In this document: in pieces, positions 8,442-17,008 of the stretch
Layout of the letters: the number at the start of each line of letters is the position of its first letter
Numbering within the stretch: the first letter of the stretch is position 1
Origin: Minisyncoccia bacterium
GTDB taxonomy: Bacteria > Patescibacteriota > Minisyncoccia > UBA6257 > GWB1-50-10
Assembly: GCA_049997815.1 (NCBI GenBank)
Contig: JBEKVQ010000003.1
Location: forward strand, 85-64,084
Reading direction: 5' to 3'
Length of the DNA: 64,000 bases
Program-made: the position numbers and the translations under genes
Notes under the pieces: generated by a model
Told to the model about the DNA's origin: nothing
The model's database searches: none
Seen by the model: only the letters and a program-made list of their open reading frames with translations

Positions 8442-10145
8442 CTAGAATATTTCCTTTAGATAGCATTCCTTGCAATAAATAACAGACGCGTCCTCCTTTC
8501 GATAATTCGTCCGGAATAATTTGCCGCACCTATCGCAATTCCGCTCTATGAGCGTCATTTGCCAGGCCCAGCGCTTAACCTTTTCTCCTATGCGACAGAA
8601 AGGACAGCGTCTCGGAAGGGGAAAATTGTACTGTCTTAGAAACCCTAGTTCTTGCGGGGTGATCTTATATCCCCTTGGGCATGTCGTGCACCTAATAGAT
8701 TCATTCAGAATATCGTCCTTCGCGTCTCGGATATGATCCGGCAAATCAGTAGCCATTTTGGTTGTCACGTGCTCGCTCGGTGAGATATCAACCCAAGCAA
8801 GACCTTCCTTTAGCGCCTCCCCTTTCTCAAGCGGATAGAACATATACGCAAAAGTGTCGTTGTAATCATGCGGAGAAAGTTGCATCGGAAAAAATTCTCC
8901 ATATCTATATTCGCGCCCGGCTGCATCCTTATACGGCATCTCGTTCATCTGGGTGATAACCTTCTCCCGCATTTTATGGAATTCTTCCTTATCGTATTTT
9001 TTGTTGAGGATGTAATAACTCTTACTCCTTAAACCCGAACATCCCAGAAGGTAGGAACTTCCCATGCAGCTCTTGGAGTATTCAATATTGTGGCTATCGT
9101 GGATATCCTGGCTGAATTTCACGTCGGCAACTTTGTTGCCTACGGTAATCCCTTCGTAGATGCGCTCCGCGCCTTCTCCCCAATCGACGTAATCGTAGCT
9201 GTCTTTCACACTCGGGGTCTTGATAAGCATCAGATATTTGGAGTCCTCACAATAGCCGCATTCATAGCATTCTTTGCAGTTCTTGGAATAAAACACGTAA
9301 TTGCCGGTGCAATTTTCTACAAAATCCTGATAGTGGGGGTATGGAATGGAGTTTTTCCAAACTTCTTCCGATTTTGTTTTCATCTCCTGATAGGTTTTAT
9401 ATGAACCGAGATCAATGTTCTTGACGTTTCGTTCATATTCATCTTTCGTTAGCTGTTTATTGAAAAATACGTGCTTTTTGTTGTGTAAATTTGCCGACCC
9501 AAAACAACTTTGGGCGTTTCTTGAATCCTTGATGAAAAAACAATCGAGCGAATTATGAACATTGCCTCGAGAACCGTGTACTCGGTGATTCCGCCAGCTG
9601 TTCATGATGTCGTAGCATTGCTCGGACTCAAACGCAACGCTGCAATCGAGCATGGATTTGTTTTTAGTTATGTAAAACCCATACTGGCAATCCTCGTCGT
9701 AGTCGGAATAAAAAATGAGGTAGCAATTCTTGGAATGGTCGCAGTGATTAGTGTAGGGAGAAAGCTCCGTAACACTCTTCGTAACGGCAATCCCCCGAAT
9801 GGGGATCTTGTGAAGATGCTCGTTAAGCTGTTCAAAGAATGGCTTTCCGAAATCATAGTCGCGGGCATAATCCTCCGGGTCCCATTTATCACTCCACCAG
9901 CATTCGGTGCAATAGACCGTATACGGCGCATCCGGCCGGTACATGGAGATTTTTTCCTTGCCACACAGATCGCACTTGCGCTTATACAAGCGAAAACCCT
10001 TGAACCACGCCAGGCGCCTCTGAAGCCGGCACCGAGGGCACCATGTCGGCAGTGGAACGTCTATCTTCTTATAAAAATTAAAATCTTCCGGCTCTATGAC
10101 AAAATTTTGACGGCAATTTTGGCAATTCCTAGTTTCGGAGTTCAT
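8442..10145 (-). CDS. cysteine-rich multi-zinc-ribbon protein, paralog 3
   Basis: 567 aa. MNSETRNCQNCRQNFVIEPEDFNFYKKIDVPLPTWCPRCRLQRRL ... YGEFFP ... YKITPQELGFLRQYNFPLPRRCPFCR ... VIYCKECYLKEIF. Separated from paralog 2 by 1 nt. Confidence 0.8.
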   Translation of the reverse strand: MNSETRNCQNCRQNFVIEPEDFNFYKKIDVPLPTWCPRCRLQRRLAWFKGFRLYKRKCDLCGKEKISMYRPDAPYTVYCTECWWSDKWDPEDYARDYDFGKPFFEQLNEHLHKIPIRGIAVTKSVTELSPYTNHCDHSKNCYLIFYSDYDEDCQYGFYITKNKSMLDCSVAFESEQCYDIMNSWRNHRVHGSRGNVHNSLDCFFIKDSRNAQSCFGSANLHNKKHVFFNKQLTKDEYERNVKNIDLGSYKTYQEMKTKSEEVWKNSIPYPHYQDFVENCTGNYVFYSKNCKECYECGYCEDSKYLMLIKTPSVKDSYDYVDWGEGAERIYEGITVGNKVADVKFSQDIHDSHNIEYSKSCMGSSYLLGCSGLRSKSYYILNKKYDKEEFHKMREKVITQMNEMPYKDAAGREYRYGEFFPMQLSPHDYNDTFAYMFYPLEKGEALKEGLAWVDISPSEHVTTKMATDLPDHIRDAKDDILNESIRCTTCPRGYKITPQELGFLRQYNFPLPRRCPFCRIGEKVKRWAWQMTLIERNCDRCGKLFRTNYRKEDASVIYCKECYLKEIF

Positions 10146-10147
10146 TT

Positions 10148-10747
10148 TTATGATTTATTGAGTGTTATCAAGCCGTTCTCGCGGCTGGCCATGAAACCGA
10201 CGTATTTTTCCAAATCGGGCACCTTAACGCCCACATCTACAACCGGTTTAGAGAAGAATATCTTGGTCTTGAATCCAAGCGGAGTTATCTCTCCGGCAAA
10301 ACCTACCCCATCCAGATCGCCCGATAATATGAGCTTATTATGGCCTTTTACGGCAGAAAAGAGCGCTTTGGTGAGGATGGATTCGATATTCTTCACGAGA
10401 ACAACCCTGTCTTTAATGTCGGGAAGCGTTCGGAACGCTTTGAGGCAAAGTTCGGAATCCCCACTCTTCACTATTACGGTGCAAAAATCCGAGGCCTTTT
10501 CGATATCTTCCTCCCGCTCCAAATAGAAAACATCTTTCTCTTTTCCGGAACCGGAAATCTGCGTCATGAATTCTTCTCTTGCCATCGGGTAAGCCGTGAA
10601 GAAGAGGAGTTTTTTGCCGGCCAGAAACATCTGAACCGCGACGGTAACGGTGAAGAACGACGCCCCGGTCTTATGGGCGCCGTGGATCAAGAGCGGCAAG
10701 TCCGCCTCCGAAAAATGAAATTCCTTTTTATCCAAAAATATCTCCAT
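10148..10747 (-). CDS. hypothetical protein nested in the paralog array
   Basis: 199-aa ORF overlapping the GNAT gene by 1 nt, with a 2-nt gap to paralog 3. No confident motif (HGAHKTGAS is not a canonical P-loop). Confidence 0.45.
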   Translation of the reverse strand: MEIFLDKKEFHFSEADLPLLIHGAHKTGASFFTVTVAVQMFLAGKKLLFFTAYPMAREEFMTQISGSGKEKDVFYLEREEDIEKASDFCTVIVKSGDSELCLKAFRTLPDIKDRVVLVKNIESILTKALFSAVKGHNKLILSGDLDGVGFAGEITPLGFKTKIFFSKPVVDVGVKVPDLEKYVGFMASRENGLITLNKS

Positions 10748-11235
10748 TACAGTTCTTTTCTAAACACCCGCATCGGCTTCGAGCGGTCTTCCCCGGCATA
10801 AACCGTTCCCACATTCTTATATCCCATTTTCTCATAAAAACCGTACGAAGTATCGCGGTACCGCTCCGCGCTTCTTGCAAGAACCTCCGCATAACCTTCT
10901 TTTCTCGCTTCGTTTTCCAGAAAATCGACGAGCTTCTTCCCTATTCCCTTCCCTCGATATGCACCATCCACGTACAAAATTTTGAACTTTCCGGGCCGAC
11001 TTGTTTTCGCGAATGGCAGAACCTGAGGCAACGGGTCGCAAAGGCCGACAATCCCCACTGGCATGCCGGAATATCTCGCCACCCAATAGTGGGTGTTGAA
11101 CTCTATCTTTCTGGTAATTTCATCTTGAATGCGCTTTACGTATTTTTCAACCTCGGGATTGTCCGTCCACTGGGCCAGTATCTTCCTTATCTCTCCCAAA
11201 TCGCCTAGCTTCGGTTTGTCTATTATAATTTCCAT
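10747..11235 (-). CDS. GNAT family N-acetyltransferase
   Basis: 162 aa; acetyl-CoA-binding motif A (ILYVDGAYRGKGIGKKLVDFLENEARKEGY); typical GNAT length. Confidence 0.75.
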   Translation of the reverse strand: MEIIIDKPKLGDLGEIRKILAQWTDNPEVEKYVKRIQDEITRKIEFNTHYWVARYSGMPVGIVGLCDPLPQVLPFAKTSRPGKFKILYVDGAYRGKGIGKKLVDFLENEARKEGYAEVLARSAERYRDTSYGFYEKMGYKNVGTVYAGEDRSKPMRVFRKEL

Positions 11236-11238
11236 AAG

Positions 11239-12981
11239 TTAAACTACTTCGGCGTTATAGCAACTTTCGCAGTAAACGGATTCGTACTCCTTGGGGTCAA
11301 AGACCGAAACGATGGCCACGCCGCACTTTTTGCAATGACGAGCGTAGGTATGGATGAGGAAATCGTATATTTCTCTGAACCTCGCCAGGCGCTGGAGCGG
11401 GTGTATTCGGGGCAAAGGAAACGAATTCCTTCTATAGAAAGCGAGTTCGTAGGGAACGATTCGGAAGTAGCGGTTGTTCACATCGTCAAATACGGCTTTC
11501 TTCAGCATGGAGTCATCAACGTCCTTGATATCTTCCGGCAGATCGGCAGCGTTGATGATTTCCCCCTCCGGTTTCTCGGAGACCGCCGCCACGTCCCGGA
11601 CGTCGTAGCCGTACCGTTCGGCTTTTTCGTAATCGCAAAAATTGTTGTAGGCGGTCATAAAAGACAGTTTGTATGGGATAGGCATCAATTTAGGCGGAAA
11701 GAATTCTCCGTACTCACCATTTTTAAGCATTGCCATCTTCAAATCATCAACTGTCCGCCAATAATCTCCCTCCGAATACTGCTTGTTTAGAACGCAGAAT
11801 GATTTGTTCTGAAGTCCAATACAGCCGAAACAATCGTGGCAATTGCGGCAGAGGTCGCAATACTCCACGTCGCGGGCTTCACCCATCTGGACCGAGAATT
11901 TAACGTTATAATTGCCCGTAGTGCTGATGCTCGTGAATTCGTAGCAAAGCTCGCCGCCCCCGCCGCCGAAACCGTCATAGCTGTCCTTGTAATAACCCAG
12001 GCCGAACGAGTAGTTGACGTTCTCGGCATCAACAAGATAATTTCCGGCGTGGCAATTTTTGGAGTTCAAAATGAAGTCGCCGGAGCAATTCACCGATTTG
12101 AAGTTGTGGTCGGGCTTGCGAATAGCTTCTTTCTGCAATTCATCGAACTGGGCGAGGTATTTAAGGAATTCCAAGTAATTTCCCAAGTTTATCTTTTTCA
12201 GTTCGGCCTCGTATTCCTCTTTGGGAAGCGGCCGGTTCATGAAGTAGTACTTCTTGTGCCTTAAATTAGAAGACATAAAACAATGGTCGCAATCCCGACA
12301 ATCAAAGAGAAAGAAGGAATTAAGGCAATTGCGGCAATCCTCGCAGACGGCGCATTTATAGCAATCGTAGACCAGCTGGCTGTGATAACAGTCGGTCGCA
12401 TTCCAGGCGCTTTCGCAATCAACGCAGTCCTTGCTTGAATCGCAACAGTCAAAATAATAGAGATTCTCGCCGCTTAAGGTGCTGAAAGTAAAGTAGCAAT
12501 CCCTTAGATTAATGGAGGTGTTAGTGTAATCGCTCCCGATGTTCGTGGAATCAGTGATGAGATTCGGGCGCGGCACCGCTTTTTGCAATTTTCCGAATTG
12601 AGCGAAGAAAGAGTCGCCGGTCGGCGCGAATCCGTAATCGAGCGGGTTCCACTTGCCCGAAAACCAGAACTTGTGCTCAAAAATCTTGTAGGGCGTGTCG
12701 GGCGGGTAAGCGGCCACAATCGGCTTTTGGGAATGGGCCGAGGAAATCTTGAAAAGATTGTAGTTATTGAGATAAGCGCCCCGGCGCCGAAGACGCTCGG
12801 CGGGCGAAAGTGTCGGCAATGGCACGCCAATTCTCTTATAGAAACCAATGTCTTCCGGCTGGACATAAAACTTTTCGCCGGAAAAACGGCAAGTCCGCCA
12901 CTGGCCGCCGTTCTCGTTCAGTTTCAATTCTCGGTAGTAATCTTCCAGGACCTTATCGAAATTCGGCGTCTTTGAGTTCAT
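11239..12981 (-). CDS. cysteine-rich protein, paralog 4 (divergent; terminal zinc-ribbon cysteines lost)
   Basis: 580 aa. The N-terminal module is present but the Cys ligands are replaced (FYVQPEDIGFYKRIGVPLPTLSPAERLRRR); the C-terminal module is FRIVPYELAFYRRNSFPLPRIHPLQR. It keeps the core CRDCDHCF / CRNCHDCFGCIGLQNK motifs, YGEFFP, and the C-terminus YCESCYNAEVV. Confidence 0.75.
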   Translation of the reverse strand: MNSKTPNFDKVLEDYYRELKLNENGGQWRTCRFSGEKFYVQPEDIGFYKRIGVPLPTLSPAERLRRRGAYLNNYNLFKISSAHSQKPIVAAYPPDTPYKIFEHKFWFSGKWNPLDYGFAPTGDSFFAQFGKLQKAVPRPNLITDSTNIGSDYTNTSINLRDCYFTFSTLSGENLYYFDCCDSSKDCVDCESAWNATDCYHSQLVYDCYKCAVCEDCRNCLNSFFLFDCRDCDHCFMSSNLRHKKYYFMNRPLPKEEYEAELKKINLGNYLEFLKYLAQFDELQKEAIRKPDHNFKSVNCSGDFILNSKNCHAGNYLVDAENVNYSFGLGYYKDSYDGFGGGGGELCYEFTSISTTGNYNVKFSVQMGEARDVEYCDLCRNCHDCFGCIGLQNKSFCVLNKQYSEGDYWRTVDDLKMAMLKNGEYGEFFPPKLMPIPYKLSFMTAYNNFCDYEKAERYGYDVRDVAAVSEKPEGEIINAADLPEDIKDVDDSMLKKAVFDDVNNRYFRIVPYELAFYRRNSFPLPRIHPLQRLARFREIYDFLIHTYARHCKKCGVAIVSVFDPKEYESVYCESCYNAEVV

Positions 12982-14765
12982 ACTACCTCTTTGTTATAAC
13001 ACTGCTCGCAGTAGACGATATCTTTGCGGTCGGGCGAATAGCTGGACTCGAATTCATTCGGGCACTCCCCCGTTCCATGGGAATGCTTCGCCGTGTTTTG
13101 ATAGACGCCGTTTTCGGATTTTCGGCCGGCGCATTGGCATTTTCTTTTAAAAAGCTTGATGGGATTCCTTTGGGCGACCCTCATGGCATAGCGGCAATTC
13201 GGACAAAGACGCGGGAGCGGAAGGCGCATTGCCTGATAAAACTGGAGCTCCTGCGGCGTGAGGCGGAATGCCGTCGTGCAATGGTCGGCACACGTTCCGG
13301 CATGCGCGCAAGAAACGACCTTATTCTCGAAATCGGCGCTTGATGCCTCTTCCGTGATATCGTCGGGAAGCTTGTCGCAAGATATGTCCACTCCGTAGTT
13401 TCTCTTGCCGGCGCTCCTCCAGACGAATCCCTTGCTGATGGCATCCACCTCGCTTAACGGAAAGAAATCCTCCGCGACCGTATCGTTGTACGGATAAAGA
13501 GACAGCTCCGGCGGGAAAAATTCTCCGTACTTATACACCCGTTTCTTATCGTCGATATACGGCATCTCGTCCATGTGTTTAATGATCTTAGGCACCAAAT
13601 CCTCGTACTCTTCTTTGGAATATTGTTTGTTCAAAATGCAGTATTGTTTGTGATGCATTCCCACGCAGCCGAACATATGCGACGAGTTGTTCACGACGAA
13701 AGAGTACTGCACGTCGCTGCAATTCTGGAACGCCTCGAAGCAGAACTTTATCCGGGAAATGTGGTTTCCGCTCGCCGTGGCTTCATAAACGAGCTCGCTG
13801 TTAAGACCGTAGCGGAAATGGTCGTAGGAATCGCGGGCGCCCTTCGAATACAGACCCTGGCAGTACTTCAGATTTTCGCCGTCATTCACGTAGTAGCTCT
13901 CGCGGACGTTCTTGGAATTCGAGATGTATTCCCCGGTGCAGCGTTCGTTCTTTTGTCCGCGCACGTAGCGGACGGGGAATTTCAGCCAAAAATCGCGCAC
14001 CTTCTTCTTTATATCTTCAAGTGAAGAGTGCGAATTCAATCTGAATTTATTCAACTCCTCTTCATACTCCTCTTTCGAGTATGGCTTGTTAAAAATGTGG
14101 TATTTTTTGTTCCTTAGCCCGACACACCCAAAACAATTTTCACAGCCGATGCAGTCGCGGCAGAAATAGATATCGTATGAGCTCTCACAGTAAGACGAGA
14201 AGAAAGCCCGGAAGCATTTCTTGTTGAAAATGGATTCATAGGATACTTCGCTGTCCGTGATATACGAGCTGTCGAACAGCTGGCGGCTCTGGGTGGAATT
14301 GCCGGAGTACGCGCTGTCCTCGATAAAAGTGCAGCCGAAGATAAGATATGAATCCTTTATGTCACTTGCGTTGTTGCAGTAATCGCTGTTTACAAGATTA
14401 ACGACGAATCTGCTTGGAATGAGAGCGTTCTTTAATAATCTTTTGAATTGAAGGAAGAATGATTCCTCCCAATCATAATCCATCCCCGGAGCGTTCTGGT
14501 CCCAATTGTCCGAGAACCAGTAATCCTTATCAACGGCCTTGGCGCCGGAAAAACCATGCGTCCCCGAAAGAATCTCCTTGCCGCTTACGGCATCTTTGAT
14601 GTGATAGAGGTTTCGCTCGTTCCACCAGATCATCCTCCGCTGCAATCGGCAATCCGGGCACCAGGTGGGCGGCGGAACGTCTATCTTCTTGTAGAAATCG
14701 AAATCTTCCGCTTCGATTGTGAAGTTTTGCTTGCAGTTCTGACAGATTTTGGTTTCGGGGTTCAT
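12978..14765 (-). CDS. cysteine-rich multi-zinc-ribbon protein, paralog 5
   Basis: 595 aa. MNPETKICQNCKQNFTIEAEDFDFYKKIDVPPPTWCPDCRLQRR ... CRDCIGCENCFGCVGLRNKKY ... YGEFFP ... FRLTPQELQFYQAMRLPLPRLCPNCR ... CPNEFESSYSPDRKDIVYCEQCYNKEVV. Its C-terminal ~75 aa are nearly identical to paralog 1. Confidence 0.8.
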   Translation of the reverse strand: MNPETKICQNCKQNFTIEAEDFDFYKKIDVPPPTWCPDCRLQRRMIWWNERNLYHIKDAVSGKEILSGTHGFSGAKAVDKDYWFSDNWDQNAPGMDYDWEESFFLQFKRLLKNALIPSRFVVNLVNSDYCNNASDIKDSYLIFGCTFIEDSAYSGNSTQSRQLFDSSYITDSEVSYESIFNKKCFRAFFSSYCESSYDIYFCRDCIGCENCFGCVGLRNKKYHIFNKPYSKEEYEEELNKFRLNSHSSLEDIKKKVRDFWLKFPVRYVRGQKNERCTGEYISNSKNVRESYYVNDGENLKYCQGLYSKGARDSYDHFRYGLNSELVYEATASGNHISRIKFCFEAFQNCSDVQYSFVVNNSSHMFGCVGMHHKQYCILNKQYSKEEYEDLVPKIIKHMDEMPYIDDKKRVYKYGEFFPPELSLYPYNDTVAEDFFPLSEVDAISKGFVWRSAGKRNYGVDISCDKLPDDITEEASSADFENKVVSCAHAGTCADHCTTAFRLTPQELQFYQAMRLPLPRLCPNCRYAMRVAQRNPIKLFKRKCQCAGRKSENGVYQNTAKHSHGTGECPNEFESSYSPDRKDIVYCEQCYNKEVV

Positions 14766-14768
14766 AAA

Positions 14769-15410
14769 TTACAGCAATTTCTCTTGTTCCTTTCTCTCGC
14801 TTTCGCTCATTGCCGCAGGATTGCTTTTTAATTTCTCCCGCCTTTCGGCCAGGAATTCATCATACTTGCCGGGCAGAAGCTTTAATTTGTGGAAATCCTT
14901 CTCCAACTCCTTTAAAACCCCCGTGGAGCGGAGCGCGGCAGCGGGATGATATAAGGGAATGACCAGCCGCTCGCCCCACCAGAAGACCCGGCCGTGGTCG
15001 TTGGAAATCTTCGCATTCGGCAGGATGTAGTTCATTGAGTACCGGCCCAAGGGAACGATGATCTTCGGGTTCAATATTTCAATTTCTTCCGCTAGATACG
15101 GCCGATAGGCATCGAGCTCTTCCGGTAGGGGGTCGCGATTTCCCGGCGGTCGGCGCTTCACGATATTCGAGATATAAACGCTCTCGCGCTTCCAGCCGAC
15201 ATCATTAAGCAGTCTGTCCAAAAGTTTCCCGGCGCGCCCGACGAATGGCCATTGCAATTTATCTTCAAAAAAACCGGGGGCTTCCCCGACGAACATCACC
15301 TCGCTCTCCGCACTGCCCTCTCCGAAGACGAAATTGGACTCCTGAAGGGGAAGCGTCCTGTCGGCCGACATTCTTTCCTTCAATTTCAAAAGCGTATCGG
15401 ACTTGGACAT
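14769..15410 (-). CDS. uracil-DNA glycosylase, family 4 (UdgA-like)
   Basis: The track ORF extends to 15659, but the likely start is MSKSD at 15410. Family-4 motif FVGEAPG(FFED); C-terminal region matches UDG-4 (YISNIVKRRPPGNRDP...LGRYS...HPAA). Confidence 0.7.
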   Translation of the reverse strand: MSKSDTLLKLKERMSADRTLPLQESNFVFGEGSAESEVMFVGEAPGFFEDKLQWPFVGRAGKLLDRLLNDVGWKRESVYISNIVKRRPPGNRDPLPEELDAYRPYLAEEIEILNPKIIVPLGRYSMNYILPNAKISNDHGRVFWWGERLVIPLYHPAAALRSTGVLKELEKDFHKLKLLPGKYDEFLAERREKLKSNPAAMSESERKEQEKLL

Positions 15411-15412
15411 TT

Positions 15413-16744
15413 TTATGGGTTCAAAAGTCCTTTTATATAACTTAGGACATCCTCTCTCGGAACGGCCTCTTGCACCCGTTCCCTCATGTTCTTTATCTGA
15501 ACTATTCTTTTCTTCCTTTCTTCTTCTCCGATTATCAATACCACCGGATAGCTCTGTTTTACGGCGTAACTCAACTGGCCCTTCAGGTTCTTTTCTTGGC
15601 CGAGATAGATCTCCGTCGAAACGCCATCCCTCCGGAGATCGGACGCCAGCTTTTCGCAAACCTCCTCCGATTCCCTGTCGAAATTAAGGAGCAAAACCTG
15701 CGCCGGCGACTTGAAATCCGGCAGTAATCCGAATTTTTTGAGCGCCACGAAGAGCCGATCCACGCCCAGCGACGCCCCGGTCACGGGAATGCTCGCGGAA
15801 CTGAAACGGGATATCAAATCGTCGTAACGACCGCCGGCGAAAACGCTGCCCAACTCCGGATAATCCGTAAGCACCGCCTCAAAAACGGGTCCGGTGTAGT
15901 ATCCCAATCCGCGCGCGACCGATAGGTCTACCATCCAATTCTTATCGGGAACGCCGAGCGCTTTTACGTTATTCGCAAGCTCCCCCAGTTCCGAGATGCC
16001 CTCTTCGGCCGTCTTGGAAGCCTCAAATAAGGCAGATGCTTCTTTCAGGATTTTTTTGCTATCACCCTTCAGTTCAACGAATTTTTTAAGCGAGCCGACA
16101 GCATTCTTATCCAATCTCGTTTCTTTGACGAGTTCCGATTCAACGTCTTTCCATTTATTCTTGTCCAGCTTGTCCAGAATCCTTAGAACAGTTTCGGTCT
16201 TGCCCTTCGGGAAATCCGCATAACCGGAAAGCACATTCAATATTTTTCTATTGTTGACCTTAATGACGAATTTCTTGAAGCCCAGAGCAGACAGGGTTTC
16301 ATAAATCAAGGAAACGATTTCTGCATCCGCCATCGTTCCCGGCGCGCCTACGATATCGGCGTCAATTTGAAGAAATTCACGGAAGCGACCGGCCTGAGCG
16401 CGTTCTCCCCGCCAAGCATTACCGGCCTGATATCGTTTCCAGGGTTTTGGCAATTCATTTTGATAGGCCGCTATGACGCGCGCCAACGGGACTGTCAAAT
16501 CAAAACGCAGGGCAGTTTTTTCATCCTGACCGCTTAAATTCAACTTGAAAATTTGTTTTTTGAAGTTCGGGTCACCGCCCGTAAGGATCTCTTCCCGCTC
16601 CACGCCGGGCGTTTCGAGCGGCGCAAAACCGAACCGCTTGAAAACGGTCTTTATCGTCTCCACCATCCATTCCCGGGCCGCCGCGTCAGACGGCAGATAA
16701 TCCCTGAAACCGGAGGCCAAATTGGGCTCAATATAGTTCTTCAT
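15413..16744 (-). CDS. hisS: histidine--tRNA ligase
   Basis: 443 aa with GFRDYLP, the class II motifs, GGRYDDL and a C-terminal anticodon-binding domain. Confidence 0.85.
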   Translation of the reverse strand: MKNYIEPNLASGFRDYLPSDAAAREWMVETIKTVFKRFGFAPLETPGVEREEILTGGDPNFKKQIFKLNLSGQDEKTALRFDLTVPLARVIAAYQNELPKPWKRYQAGNAWRGERAQAGRFREFLQIDADIVGAPGTMADAEIVSLIYETLSALGFKKFVIKVNNRKILNVLSGYADFPKGKTETVLRILDKLDKNKWKDVESELVKETRLDKNAVGSLKKFVELKGDSKKILKEASALFEASKTAEEGISELGELANNVKALGVPDKNWMVDLSVARGLGYYTGPVFEAVLTDYPELGSVFAGGRYDDLISRFSSASIPVTGASLGVDRLFVALKKFGLLPDFKSPAQVLLLNFDRESEEVCEKLASDLRRDGVSTEIYLGQEKNLKGQLSYAVKQSYPVVLIIGEEERKKRIVQIKNMRERVQEAVPREDVLSYIKGLLNP

Positions 16745-17008
16745 ATTGGCTTTTTCATTTTATCAGCTTTTTCTCATAAAAACACCTTTAGCTCCGCCCA
16801 CGTTTCCTAGAGCACCGGACGTCGCGGTGCTCCGGCGGCACCGCACATCCTACGCTCTCGGCGAAAAATCCGCCCATGGGGCGGAACCAAGCTTTTTCGC
16901 CTCCGAGAGTTGCTTACGGAAACATGGGCGAAGCTATTATCCTAAACATTTCGGAAAATCGGCAAACCCCAGCCAATATTCATTCAATAGAATTTTCGCT
17001 GGGGTTAA

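Noticed and set aside
9555-10526. 323-aa plus-strand ORF
   Set aside because: Antisense across paralog 3 and the 199-aa gene. It has no motifs and no RBS, and is an artefact of Cys-codon-rich sequence on the other strand.
15411-15659. N-terminal 83-aa extension of the UDG ORF
   Set aside because: Arg/Lys-rich low-complexity translation overlapping the 3' end of hisS in another frame. The UDG family-4 domain begins at MSKSD, so the start was set at 15410.
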